A stretch of DNA of 55,251 bases, the filler included, from Sphacelaria rigidula (Eukaryota): the NCBI GenBank assembly GCA_964200075.2. It is 5 parts of 5 records of this genome, joined end to end, with 100 filler letters (N's around TTAATTAATTAA, not from the genome) between each part and the next. Parts side by side here need not be neighbours in the genome. Positions count along the whole stretch, not along the records: positions 33,212 to 44,181 come from CAXNAA020005608.1; positions 44,282 to 55,251 come from CAXNAA020005609.1; 3 more parts are not named here. One strand, 5' to 3'. This document shows, piece by piece, positions 36,011-53,967 of the stretch (positions are counted from its first letter, which is position 1; every line of letters begins with the position of its first letter). The notes under the pieces are model-generated. The model searched no databases, had not been told where the DNA came from, and was given only the letters and a program-made list of their open reading frames with translations. A program made the translations under genes and the position numbers.

Positions 36011-37196
36011 AATGAAAAGGAATGCCGATGCAGTACACAAGAGACAGACAGCGCAGACCTAAGGAGGAAGGTTTATTGGCATCATTAATAGCTTTTGCTG
36101 CAGGCGAAGGGTTGGCCCACGACGAAAAAATGATCCGAGAGTGGGGGGGAGATGGCAGGCCCATGGGGGTCCACTGTCAGCGATCGCACCCGCTCATGTG
36201 CCGCCCAGTTTTGTGTCAACGACTCCTCGGCCACGCCCCACACCGGCGCGCGCGGCCGTCAGCAGCGCCGGTTCAGATACACACCCGACTTCACAGCTCC
36301 GACCCGGCTGCCTTGTTTCCGCTGACAACACTGCGCCAGATGCGGGGGTTCTCACGGTTGGAGCGGGGATCGGTGCTCGAGGAGGACAACCACGACGATG
36401 TATATCGCCGCAGCACGTGAGACGCGCAGCGATTGGTGCCGCGTCCAGGGGCTGCCCAGACGCCAGCACATACATGTATCCCATGCATTCTAACGTAATC
36501 CGACAGACCGCGATGTCCCCCGTGCCGAGTGCAGGTCGACTCCCCACCATATCGCCGTCCGTAAAACCCCGGCGCGGGGTTCGACGAATCGTGCCTCCAT
36601 CACCGCTCGGCCGCGGCGATGCTGCGAGGGAGCCGCCGCCTCCTTTGCCCGCCCCTGCCAGCATCTCAAGGTTATCGCCGATCGCAAGTGGAGCACCCGC
36701 CACTCCCGCTGTTTTATCAAACGGATTCTCACCTCAGCCCGTCGGCCGACAATCCGGGAGGTTGTTCCCTGAATCCCTGCCAGGGGTGTCGCGACAGCCG
36801 ATGCTTGCGAAGTCGCCTGCATCCACGCTGCGATTATCAGCGGGGGAGGCTGCACCTCCATCTACTTGTGTGATGGCCAGCTCCCCGCCGGATCATTTCA
36901 GAGGGGGGTCGGCATCTATCCCCCCAGGTCTTGCGCGTTTTACAAGGGGAAATACGCTCCACCCTCGAGTGCTCGTGCTGGCGACTCCGTCGCCGCTCTT
37001 CACCTCTTACTTCCCGTCGTCCACGCGACTTGCCGCATAACGGTGGTGGACCCCTGCAAGGACGGGCGACGATGCTGCCACCGTTGCAGGCGAGGCCGCT
37101 GGCCTTTTTCGCGCAACTTCCACCGTCGCCGACGTGCAGCGACAGAAGCGGCGGTAGGGGTTGCGCCGTGATCTCTTCCGCCGGACAACGGATGGC

Positions 37197-37838
37197 GTCA
37201 CTATCAAGTTGCGCCAGATCAAATTCGAACTCGGGATTACCGTCGTGGTACACGACTTCGCCGTAGTCGTCACACTCTTCCCCCTCGACAATGAGGTTAT
37301 GGAAATCAGCGGAGGGCATAGAATGCTCCACGGTGCATTTGCGGTTGCGCCGCCGACCTCGACCCGCCTGCGTCAGAACCGGCGAATCACCTTACCTCTT
37401 GTGTTTTCCACGGTACACGGACCCAGCCCCGGCGTCTGCGGAGCACACCTCCCTTGTTGTTGCCTTTTTTTGAATGTAGCGGCGCACCTCTGCTTAGCAG
37501 GCGAAGCCATCTCGCAACACGGAACGGCCTCGCCTGCTAAGCAGAGGTGCGCCGCTACATTCAAGAAAGGGCAACCACGAGGGAGATGTGCTCCGCAGAC
37601 GCCAGGTCTGGGTCCGTGTACCGTGGAAAACACGAGAGGTAAAGTGATTTGCCGGTTCTGGCGCCGGCCGGTCGAGGGCGGCGGCGCAACCGCAAATGCA
37701 CCGTGGAGCATTCTATGCCCTCCGCTGATTTCCATAATCCCATTGTTGAGGGGGGAGATTGTGACGACTACGGTGAAGTGGTGTACCGCGACGGTAATCC
37801 CGAGTTCGAGTTTGATCTGGCGTAACTTGGTAATGCTG
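37197..37838. repeat. long inverted repeat (fold-back), ~310-bp arms, ~14-nt loop
   Basis: 37197-37510 is the reverse complement of 37525-37838 with scattered mismatches. Confidence 0.95.
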
Positions 37839-38024
37839 ATATTACTCTGCGCGATGGCGACCAGCTGTGAAGTTTCAAGGCTGAAATAGAGAAGTCGAAG
37901 GAAGGTTTGGAGGAAAGAAGATCACTCGACAGTCCAGGAGATGGTTCATCCTCCATTCCCGCCCACGGTGAAAACCTTGTTCATCCGTCGTTTAGAGCGC
38001 GGCATGGACGCTGTGGCCGCAGTG

Positions 38025-38757
38025 TGCACCGCTGATGTATGGTTTATAACTCAGCTGACCCATTTCTTTGCATCGATGAGTTATGCTGTATAAGTCACCC
38101 GATCAGAATTTGCAACGCTAAGTTATAGTTTATATCTCACCTGATCAGATTTTGCATCGATGAGTTTTAGTTCATAACTCACCCGGCCGCAACGTTCACC
38201 GCTGATTTATGGTTTCGCTCTAAAACTCACCCGATCAGAATTTGCACCGCTGACTTCTAGTTTATTCCTCACCTGACCAAGATATGCATCGATGAGTGAT
38301 AGTTTATATCTCACCCGGCCGCAATGTGCACCGCTGATTTATGGTTTATAACTTACCTGGCAAAATTTTGCATCGATGAGTTATGCTGCATAATTCATCC
38401 GACCAGAATGGGCACCGCTGAGTAATCCTGCTATAACTCACTGGTGAGTTATTGAAAAATGAGTTATGAAGAACAACCCATCCGATCGAGAACACGCAAA
38501 AAATATATGCTCATCGCTGATTTATTTTATAACTCACCCGACCAGAATGTGCACCGCTGAGCTATACTGTACAATTCACCTGGCCAAGATATGCATCGAT
38601 GAGTTGTATCTTATAACTCACCCGACCAGAATGTTCACCACTAAGCTATACTGTATAATTCACATGACCAAGATATGCATCGATGAGTTATAGTTTGTAA
38701 CTCACCCGGGCAGAACGTGCACCGCTGAGTTATAGTTATAACTCACTGGTGAGTTAT
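38025..38757. repeat. tandem array of ~42-bp units with an internal palindrome
   Basis: Consensus tgca(ccgc/tcga)tgagttatagtttataactcacc(c/t)gaccagaatg; about 15 units in two blocks. Confidence 0.95.
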
Positions 38758-38842
38758 GCGAAAAAGAGAAAACTCGTATTCACCTGAGTTGAGTTGTCGG
38801 ACATGTGCAACGTTTCACACCACGGTAGACGGGGCGTATTCA

Positions 38843-38984
38843 GGGCAATACCACGGTAGGGGTGCAGCTTTTTTTTCGAAGTTTCTTTGTTGTAGGACTA
38901 TCCCGACGGCAATTATATCTACCTTCGTGTGCAGCCTCAGACGAGTTTCACCCCAAAACGTGCACCCCTACGGTGGCATCACTC
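38843..38984. mobile_element. MITE family 5 copy
   Basis: TIR ...ccac.gtaggggtgca; flanks ttca and tcca. Confidence 0.7.
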
Positions 38985-39204
38985 TCCAGGGTGAGACCCC
39001 GTTCGGAAATGACATTGTCGACCGCATCATCCTCGCACTCGCATGCTCTGCCACACTCGCGTCTTCATCACACGCTGTCGCAGCGCCTTCCTGCCCATGT
39101 TGTGTAGTTGGATACTGTGCTTCCTCAAGCATATTGGAATTCCGTACTGCGACGGCCAATTGCCCCTTCCCCTCCGATTTCATGTACCTGCGCGGCACCC
39201 GCCG

Positions 39205-39395
39205 CCTCCGCTGCTTCCTTGGCACTTTGGGCGGGGGAGAGATAGAGGGCAACAGAGGATCACCCTCAACTCGGCACTGCCGCCAGCGGAGTCGAGGCGG
39301 TGGATACTATCCGCCGCTTCCTTGGCACTTTGGGCGGGAGAGAGATGAGGGGCGACCGAGGACCACCCCTAACTCGGCGCTGCCGCCAGCGGAGG
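39205..39395. repeat. ~105-bp tandem duplication
   Basis: cttccttggcactttgggcggg...aactcggc.ctgccgccagcggag occurs twice. Confidence 0.85.
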
Positions 39396-40849
39396 CGAAG
39401 CGGGGGATACTTTGCGGTGGCGGAGTCCTCACATGTTGTACGGGAACGGGGATGGATTTCGCCCCAGCCCCCGATACGTTGAGAAATCTCCCGAAACCGA
39501 AGTTCAGCGACATCCACCGTTTCGACGAAAGCCAGTATTCCTCCTTCTTCAGCGCGGCGTTCTGGACGATCTTCCGATTGAAGTCCTCGACCTTTTGGTG
39601 AAACATGTGAGATCTCATCCTGCTGTGCGTTCCCCTGTCACTTCGTTGACGGTTAGGATCAGGTTATCGAACGGAGGAATACCTTGACTTTTTCCTCACC
39701 CGGTCCTCGTGGATGTGTGCAAATAGTCCATTTGGCGAAGTCTACTCCCGTAATCATGGTGTCTGTGCACTGACGACGTGCGCATGCCGTCAACAACCAC
39801 CCATACCCCTACCCCTCCTCAACTTTGGGTGCATGGTGGATGTATGCTGCAGACCCAAGCCTTCGCCACGAGCGTTTCCCCCATGAACGCGAGAAGAAGG
39901 CAAGGGGATTGGGGGACGACAGTGACGGTTCCGGCGACGGCGTCGGCGGTGGGATCAACGGTAGGTGTGGCGGCGCGGGGGCTTCTGGTGAGCCCGATCC
40001 CCCCTTGGATAACGGGAGTGTCAGCGGGCCGAGGGGTGACTACGATAGGCCGCGGACAATAGTCTGGGGATGGTAAGGGCGGCTGTAGGGAGGTGTAATG
40101 GCGGCGATGCAAACGAGGTGGCGGGGGGGGAGACGCTGCTTCGCGGGGGGTCGGCATCGGGCGTGGTGCGCTCCTCGACGGTCGGCGGAAGAGATGCCGT
40201 CGGCATTGGCGCCGTAGAGGTTGGGGATTCCCCCGGAGGGCGTGGCGGGGAGACGGCCGCTTCGTCCGGGGTGTCGGGGCCGGCGATGAGAACAGATGGC
40301 CGTCACCACACTCCCGCCACGGGAGGGACCGGTGCTCGAGGGGGGGGGAGTGGCGCCGACATACATCGGGGCCGGCGGGTTTGTATGCGGGCGGCGCGGG
40401 TGGTAAGATCAATCCTCGCGTGGGATTAGTGGCGACGACGGGATCGGGTGTGGATAGCCGCAGCGGCCATGGTCACGGTGGTTCGGGAGTGGCGGAGTCG
40501 TCGGCAGCTGCGCCCCGTGGGGGGGAAATATTGCTGACCCGTGCGCCGCTGCGCCTGTCGGTGCAGGTGCTCCCGGTAGGCGGGGTGGCGGCGCGTATTT
40601 GCACCGGGCATGGGTGGATTCGGCAGCTGCATCTCAGGTTGTGACTCATCCCATGTGGCCGCAAAGCGGACTGACTGCCGCTCACATGAAAGGTGTAATC
40701 GTCGTCGTCATTCACAGGGGGTTGTCGACCTGCCCCACCATCGAGGGCCGTTGGTCTGGAGGGCTCGATTACAGGAATAGTTTTACAATCCCCCCCCACT
40801 CCCCCCCCCGCCTGGGCGCAGAGTTTTGGTGGGGGCGATGGCGACGCGG

Positions 40850-43261
40850 CATGCAGAGTTGTGGTCGCAAATATTTTGGACCGTGCTGTCCTGGGGCAGT
40901 GGGGCGGCGCCGAATATGGCCGACGCTGTATAGACACACGTTGCGATCCTCGTGCCAACCATCTACGGCCTTCATGGTCCGTGTAGATAGCCACGATATC
41001 CACGACGCCCCCTTTTTCGCTACCCTCTGTGTTGTTTCTGCCCGCACTGCAGGGAACTGGATGCAATGTTGAACAAAGCATGGAGTCAGGTGTGCATCGT
41101 GAGAGCATGGTTGTCCTTCGACCAGCAAATGCTGCGGTGTGTACATCATTTTGCAAGAACCTTGCTGCGACGGATGCCACAGAAGTCAATCTCCAATGGT
41201 GAGGGCCCGTGTGACGTATTTTGGGTTTGAGCGTGGACATGCACGGCGCCCGGGTTTGTATCGCGTCTGCGTGACGTGCGTGCGCGTTGCCAGGCGGCCC
41301 GTGATTTGAGGTTTCATAGTGCGGCAGTCGATCACCCATTGCTTGTTGATGCGTGGTGCATTTGATTTCCTCCCATTGTTTCCCCCCGTCCCCCCTCCCT
41401 GTACTGACGTTGACACCGCGTGGACCTGTCGCTCTATGGGATATTGCTTCTCAGCATGCACAGACGGGGGATTCAACGGCGACCGGCGCCTGAGCCCGTG
41501 GGCGGAGGATCCCTCACCTTAGGCCACACTTGCCGTACGGTCTTTTACGCTCTACTGGATCACAACGAATACCTAGCGAAGCAGACCCGCCACTGAGGCA
41601 TCATGCTGGCATGCGACAACTTCTTCACGTCACCGACGCTGCTCCTCAGTCTCGTGGCGCACAGCAGCTATGCCTTGGGCACACTTGAAAGGCACGCTGC
41701 GTGGCGCGGCTGCCGCGAGGAAGTGATGGGCGGAAAAAGGGAAGAAGCCTAACGGTAAAAACGACATGCTCTTCCTCTGTTGGGAGCAGGTCTGCTTCAC
41801 CCGGTGGAAGGATGCGAAGGATGACTTCATATGCACCCTTATCCACGTGTTCCAGATGTTTTTTAACGGGGTTCCGTACAGGTATGGGCAAAAGCTTGAA
41901 CGTTCGATACTTGAGAGCACGGTCGTTACTCGTGGCCTGAATACATCGGCCTCTGATCTAGGAGAGCTTGCAGCGCTATGCAACGGAGCATTGTGTTCAG
42001 TGAGACGTAAGCCCAACGCAGTGCTTGCGTTGCAACTACGGTTACGGGTGCCCGATGCCTTCTTATGTCGGCGCCATGCCCCCCGACAGCGCAGATAATT
42101 TTTCAGCGCATTTTACCGACTCTGTGACCTTTCGGTCCCGACCGAAATCCTCATCGTATCCTTTTCGTTGTTGTTGTATTTTTGGGGGGGGGGGATGTCA
42201 TGACGGTAAATGAGGGCCTGTCTCAACGCTGTAGCTTTCCAGGGTCGATACAGTCCACTGCGTTAGTATCTATGCGATCGAGGGGCATGACGCCCACAGA
42301 AAAAGTCATTGGAGACCGTCGCTGGAAGTGCCAATCAACCACTGTGTTGGGCTTGAGTCTAATTTTAGCAACCAACCTCCCGTGTGACACCCTTATTGTC
42401 GCGGATCTTTGAAGCCATCGTTTGTTATATTCCGATAACAATTGACGATTCTACAGGAGAACATTCGTCAAGACTTTTACCCCGAGCCAGCCCAAGGGGA
42501 ACATCCAAAATCATGGATATGAAGGCTTGACTTATTACGAGGATACATATTTCTTCGAGTTTTCTTCTCCTACGTGACACCCTTGTCCATACGGTTCTTC
42601 GAAGCATAGATCGTTTCCGTCATCCAAAAAAATAGATAAATGGCGTCGAGCCTTCCTTCATTGACCCTTTTGGGACCGGGCCTCCAGAACAACCAATGAG
42701 GCTGGTTAGGAATGACGTGTCTGGCGTCCGCACGAAACAGACAGTGGCGTGTGAAAATCCGCGTATGTAACCGCAGGGCTATGACGAAGACCGAAAGTTT
42801 CATCCAATCTACTATCAGGTGCAGGATGCACATTAGGTAGCGTACATCTGATGTAGCAAGCAGTATGGGTCGCGGTAGAGAGCTTCAAACGGGATACGGC
42901 GACCGGCGGGCCGCCCGCCACTTGTGGCTTTGGATGGTATTGTTGTCCCCACCACCTTGCCACACAGCCATTTGTGGTCGGGGTGGGCCGCCATTTCCCT
43001 CTTTGTTGTATGCGGCAAATTCTCTTCGAAGCGTATATAAGCTTTCCGGCGCGCATGCATACAGTACAAGTACAGTACAAGTACAGTGCAGTTCGCCTCC
43101 CCGACTGCAGCAGCAGCTACCGTTGCATACTCCCTTGCACGTTCTGGGCAATTCTCAGCCACCGAGATCAACTGCCTATATACCGCTTCTTCATCCCCGC
43201 CTACCACATAAATGTTAACGGTACACTGCAAGCCATCGGGATAGGGATAAGCAGAATTCAC
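40850..43261 (-). pseudogene. possible CACTA/Plavaka-like transposase remnant
   Basis: Degenerate motifs in plausible order across frames: FEALYRDP, YADFHT, LSIFLDD, HLEHVDKG, RRSPL...YPIER, GVVDIVAIY...RWL. Confidence 0.35.
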
Positions 43262-44181
43262 GACGTTAGCTCATTTTGTCTTTCCACGGCCCACCTGGGT
43301 TTAGTGCCTCGTGAAAATGACCACATTGTAGCATGTACACTCCTTCCCGTTTTTTTCCGGTCCACCCTGTGTTACTATAAATTACTGCGTTTCAGTAGAG
43401 AATTGGGATCCAAAAATACTCCGGAAAAACTCGGGAAGGGTATACTAAGTGCAAGTAATACCATAAAAACAAGCTGCGACCACCCTGCACTTAGAAACCT
43501 GGCCAGGCTTATCTGGGCCAGGGATAGGGCCCCCACACGATCTTTGCAATGGCATCACACTCGACAACTATCCCCGCCCTGGTCATTCGGGTCTGGTCGA
43601 TAAATTTCGCATCGCCGTGATTGGGCAGGTTGCTCGAAGACTTATTTTTTATTATTCCACTGACACAGGGTGAACCCTGTGTTAGTGGGGGTCAGGTCCC
43701 AAAAGGGTTAACTATACGCCATCGTAATAAAACAAGAGTCAGAAACTAGATGAATACTACCACCCCCAAGAATAACAACAATCAACACCACATGACGTCC
43801 AGTACCGACGACAGATATATAAGAAAACAGGAAGAGTACCGGAATCACCACCATCCACAACGACAAATACCGCGAGCAAAATAGGCAGCTGAAAGATCGA
43901 AAACATAACCAAAGACAAGAAGAACACCTGCTTCGACACGAACGAGCATCTAAACTGGAACAGAACGAAAAATATCTACAACGGCAACGACAAAAACGTT
44001 ACCGAAAACAGCACGAACGCGAACATCAGCACCGGTAAGAACAGCGAAAGATTTAAACGTGAGAACACGCCGGCGCCAACTCCATCACCGAAAACGACAG
44101 CAACAACAACCAAGGAAAACAAAAAAAAAAAACGCAACAAAAAAAACAACAACCCCAAAAGAAAAAACAACCAAACAAAAA

Positions 44182-44281
44182 NNNNNNNNNNNNNNNNNNN
44201 NNNNNNNNNNNNNNNNNNNNNNNNNTTAATTAATTAANNNNNNNNNNNNNNNNNNNNNNNNNNNNNNNNNNNNNNNNNNNN
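44182..44281. other. artificial contig spacer
   Basis: N44-TTAATTAATTAA-N44. Confidence 0.97.
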
Positions 44282-44384
44282 AACGATTCATTCACTGATT
44301 GACCGCTTTTCACTCTCAATCGTATCATCTACTCTCCATATCACGAAAACACTGTTTATCGTAGACTCTCAATATCACGAAATT

Positions 44385-44490
44385 ACTGTTGTATGTAACA
44401 TTGGCTGGTGCTCCCACATATTGTTATATACCGAAAGGTGGAGACCGGCCTCCAGAATGGATGGGATGACAACACGCACACGAGCACGCG
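44385..44490 (+). mobile_element. family B retroposon 3' fragment
   Basis: Reverse complement of 7381-7450, ending in a CA-rich tail. Confidence 0.65.
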
Positions 44491-44785
44491 CACTCGAAAC
44501 CCCTCCCCTTCCTCAGGATAAGTCCGTGATTTCAAGAGATCGACCCGTCTCTCTCCGGTACACGCCTTACATTTATTTCGGTCTCGCGGATATGGGTCAA
44601 GACTCCCGCACCGCGTCAACTCTCGTCAAATAAACGTTGTCAACTATTTTTGTCTCCTCACGTACTCACGTTTTTGACGTTGGAAATCAGATAGTTCGAG
44701 GAACAAGCCAATACTTCTCACGGGAATCGAATCCACGTTCTCTCCACCTTGTTACTGGTGGTGGCCACATTATTAGACCCATGGA
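44490..44785 (-). mobile_element. tRNA-derived SINE family A
   Basis: Minus-strand B box GGATTCGATTCCC at 44722-44734 and A-box-like GGTCTAATA; body matches two other copies. Confidence 0.75.
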
Positions 44786-45129
44786 ATCCTGTACGGGGAG
44801 GATTGGCCCATGGTTTTTCAACGGAGAGGAAAGTAACCGTACTCAGCGGTGATTTCCACCGGTTTGTCCTGACGGGAATGAACGGTGTCGCTCTTGATTC
44901 CCTTTGAGGCAATTAGTAAATGGAGCTCTGGTGCGGGTGTCAATGTTTTGACGATGCCTCTCATGCGTTCAGAGGTATCATGTACACCACCCACAAAAGG
45001 CTAGTTCATGCGTGAAATGATATCCCCCAGGGTGAGGATGTTTGTGCTGAAGATAAACCCCATCTCATGGTCGGGCGAAGGGGGAAGGGTACAGTCTTAA
45101 ATCAGCAAATTGGTGAACGTTATACTGTC

Positions 45130-45437
45130 CCCTCAAAACAACGTTTTCGTGAGATTAAGAATAGAGCGCTGATTGAGAGTGGCTTCGTAGTTCGCTTTAA
45201 CCCAGCCGTTGTTCTATTCCGTATGTGCTCTTCTTCGCCTCCATCACTAACGTGTGCTTACAGCTACACGTCGATACCCTACTCAGGGATATCAAGGGCC
45301 TCAGTGGCAAGCTAATACAGGAAGTATATCGGGCGTCGTGGCGGGGGCCTTTCGGAACGATTAATTCACTAATTGGCCGCTTTTCCCTCTTAATCGTATC
45401 CTCTACTCTTAATCTCACGAAAACGTTGTTTCAAGTG
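45130..45437. mobile_element. MITE family 6
   Basis: TIR aaacaacgttttcgtgagattaaga.tagag; the right arm matches contig starts 11072-11130 and 44282-44357. Confidence 0.8.
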
Positions 45438-47749
45438 TTCGGGAGCATCGTCACTCACAATTCACAAGTCCTGGCGGTAGATTATGATCCCAGCGCGTAC
45501 CTTAGGAGGCGCTGCAATGTTTTCCGCCGTGTCTGCGGTTCCGTTACAGTAAGAAAAACCAACAGGTAGCCAAACATAGAAACATTATCCGTGATGATAA
45601 TTTATAGGAAATATCCATTCACCGACCGATATATGATGCACGAACATGCACGTGAACTTCCTTGGCGTCAGGAAAGCGAGGAAAAAAAAAAAGGCGAAAT
45701 CAAGAGAAGGAACACACCGAGATCGACCAAAAATTATTTTTCGAGTTCAGCGCTCCTGTGAGAGTTATCAACGCGGCTAATTTCGACGTCGTTCTCGTTC
45801 ACTGGCTGACAGAGAGACCAACCGCTTGGGTGCTCGACGGCCCGCACACAACCGAGGATTCGGTGTCACGGCGAACCCCAGATTTTCTTCTCGACCTGAC
45901 CATGTTTTTTATACCACACCGCCAGATTCCAACCGAGTACGCGCGCGGGAATCTCAACCATATCATCTTCAATAAATGAGCCACAATCGTCACGCCGCCG
46001 ACCGAAATTAGGCAGCAATCGGCCGTTCCATCTTGGGGTATGAAGGCACACATTTCACCAAAAACACTGTATTTATTCCCTGGTTGATCGTACGATAGGT
46101 GGGAGGAGGGGGGTGTACTCAAGACCATCGACCTCCGATTCTAACGAAGCCGGAACGGAACACACCGGGGTTCTTTTCGCCAACTCAGGCTTGTGGGGTG
46201 GGGAGAGGGGAGGGGTTGATACGTTGCTGCAAGCAAAATATCCAACATAAATGCCCTGTTGTCAACATCAAGTTCTTTTCAAAAGCACTCGACACCATTT
46301 CCTCTGTTTCTGAGGTCCATCGCCATAGGGTGAGGTCGAGCAGACACACCCGTGATCCCATTTTCCGTGCACTCCCCCCCCCGTGCGCGCCCCCGCCATC
46401 CCCCCTCCCCCCTTTCCTATAATCAGACAAGAGCCGAGCCAAGCTAAGCACATGAGGATCGTAACCAACACCGCAGCAGCACCTAAGGTTCTAGAGCGAA
46501 TCTCCACCTCTCCAGGAAACTTTGCAACCTCTTGCAATAACCACGCCCACGAAGGCCGGTGGACGAAACAGTACAGTCCACAATTGGAGCAAAAAGTCTT
46601 CAATATCCACAGCAAGCTCGCAGAAGTGTCGTCCATGCACCAAGACAGCCGAGTCCCCCACACGGGGCCCCGCGGGAATGTTGTGAATAACACGGCATTG
46701 TGCCCCTCTTTGTGATTTCGGGGGTAAAATCCGAGACGCGATGTGATGCGCTCAACGGAGGGAGGGCTATGCGTATACTGTACAACCACAATCAAACTGG
46801 CTACTTTTCATTCTAGAAGCATACAAGCGGGCAAACCACGGTCTGACGTCTATTAGGGACTCACCAACCCGCTCTAGCTGTCCTGACTTTCTCTTACGGA
46901 TCGCTTCAGCGAGTCGTACCGTGGGCCGGGTCATGTCCTGCTTCTCGCAAATTCCTCTCGTGTGAGAGACGAGCTGTATGACAATGACAAAAAAATAAAA
47001 AAAAGCTGTATTCATCTTCTGTGTACGCAGTAAATAATGACGAGCGAAACCATCGAGACACGCGAGACTTACAAAAGCAGAATCTTACTCGCTGCTCCTC
47101 CCGTAAACGTACAACCGCAACACGCACGAAACGACTCGAAAATGAGCCACTCGGAGAGGAAGCAAGCACCTCCCCCGAACAAACACTTGCAACAACCAGT
47201 ACCGTGTCACGGACCGCAGCAAGGAAAACACTTCCACCCTTCAGAAATACGCCTAGAGGATACATCACCGGCGACGGTACAACGCCTCTTCGGCCCCCGC
47301 GCCTCTCAAATCGAGTGGGGAGGAACCATCAGAAGTAGTCGGCTACAACAGGCCGATCACCAAACGCGAGAGGAGCCGCAATCACCGAACACATCACACA
47401 AAACACACAGCATATACACAATACACACCAAGTTCCGGACCCAACCAGAACCGGAACATTGGACAGATTACTTTCATCCTTTACTAAATTGTTTTCACAA
47501 GCCAAAAACACGCCACGATGACGACGGGCGGGATGTACCAGCCAACAAAGGGGAAAAAGAAATAGCAAAATCACAGACAACACCCATCATTCTGTGGACA
47601 ACAATTTTTCAACATCGGCCTTTTTTGTTCACAATGAAACACCGCACTCAACATCCAAAATACCGTGTAATAACGCGCGGTGGCGGCACTAGACATCGCG
47701 CTCCAAGCCAAATACGTGCTGGCCTGACACAAAGACGCGCCGCGTGAAA

Positions 47750-52923
<5,174 letters not shown>

Positions 52924-53967
52924 CTCGATACCCACCCCCCCACGACCTTAGGCAGCGATGTAACACTCAACGAATGCCTCCCGGGCTGCGCAGCTGCCAG
53001 TGTTGTCGGTGTTGGCGTTGAAGCTGTGGTTCCGTTGTGCGTTGTGCGGGCGGATTTTGTTTGATCCACGCGGTGTAGGCTCTGTTCCTCTGTATAAAGA
53101 GAAGTCCTATGACAGAAATTTGATTTTGATTTTTTGCGGTGATGTATACTGACCCAAGGGCACAGGAACAACCTTCAAATTTTTTCGCAAGGCAAACTGC
53201 GCGGTAGTTTGGTTGCACCGACTGATGACTGTGGAAGTGTCAGCACATTCCCGTGCTTGCTTGCCGAATGCACACTTTCCAAGCGGAGATTTGCTCTGCT
53301 ATATTCTTGGCCACCTTCTCGCCATTCACCATTCACAAGGGGCCTCCAAATATTCAAGTGGGCGTGGTGTACGCCCTATCCCCGCGTGGGAGGCATTTCT
53401 AGAAAACGTTGTAGGAAAATTAAAAGTTCAGACCCACGGTCACAGAACTCAGTTACAACTACGCGTACATGAACCCCATACTCCAGTCAGAATAACAGCA
53501 GCAATAGTAACGGAACATCGTGCATGCACTGCACTGCACTGCACTGTACCGTACAACATGACATTGTTTGCACTGCATGTTTCTGCATTAGTATTCTGGT
53601 ATGTATAGTTGTCGCTCTTCTTGAACAAAAACTCATGAACCCCCCCCCTTCGGCGCTCGTGTTGAACCCTAAACGACGAGCACAGGTCATCTGTTGAATC
53701 GGCATCAATATTACTTGAAAACAGTATGCATACCCAAATGACCTATCCTGGCGGTCAAAGGGTTGGGGAACAGTGTCTTTACCAGAGTATCATACCTACG
53801 ACGACTTCTGTGGAAACATGTCGAAAGCCAATACTCCTCTTGTCCGATGCACACGAACAAATGAGGGATTGCCCATCATGTGATGATGCGGTATACACAA
53901 ACAATACAGTACAGTATGTTTTTTCACCCAGGACATATTTGTTTTTATTGTTTATTTATGTGTCGCA

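Larger units (their letters stand above)
33700..38807. mobile_element. putative TIR element with subterminal 42-bp repeats (CAC...GTG ends)
   Basis: 33700-33860 is an inverted match to 38650-38807 (gacaactcaactcag plus repeat units). The two ends could belong to separate copies. Confidence 0.55.

Noticed and set aside
36141-37889. Long plus-strand ORFs (299 aa and 242 aa)
   Set aside because: No recognisable motifs; explained by GC-rich sequence and the palindrome.
38025-38757. CRISPR array
   Set aside because: The units are contiguous degenerate repeats with no unique spacers, there are no cas genes, and the context is eukaryotic.
44690-44785. Functional tRNA gene
   Set aside because: A and B boxes are present but there is no cloverleaf, and it is attached to a repeated SINE body.
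47037-47747. 236-aa plus-strand ORF
   Set aside because: It lies antisense in the probable 3' UTR of the NURR-SAM gene and shows no domain signal.
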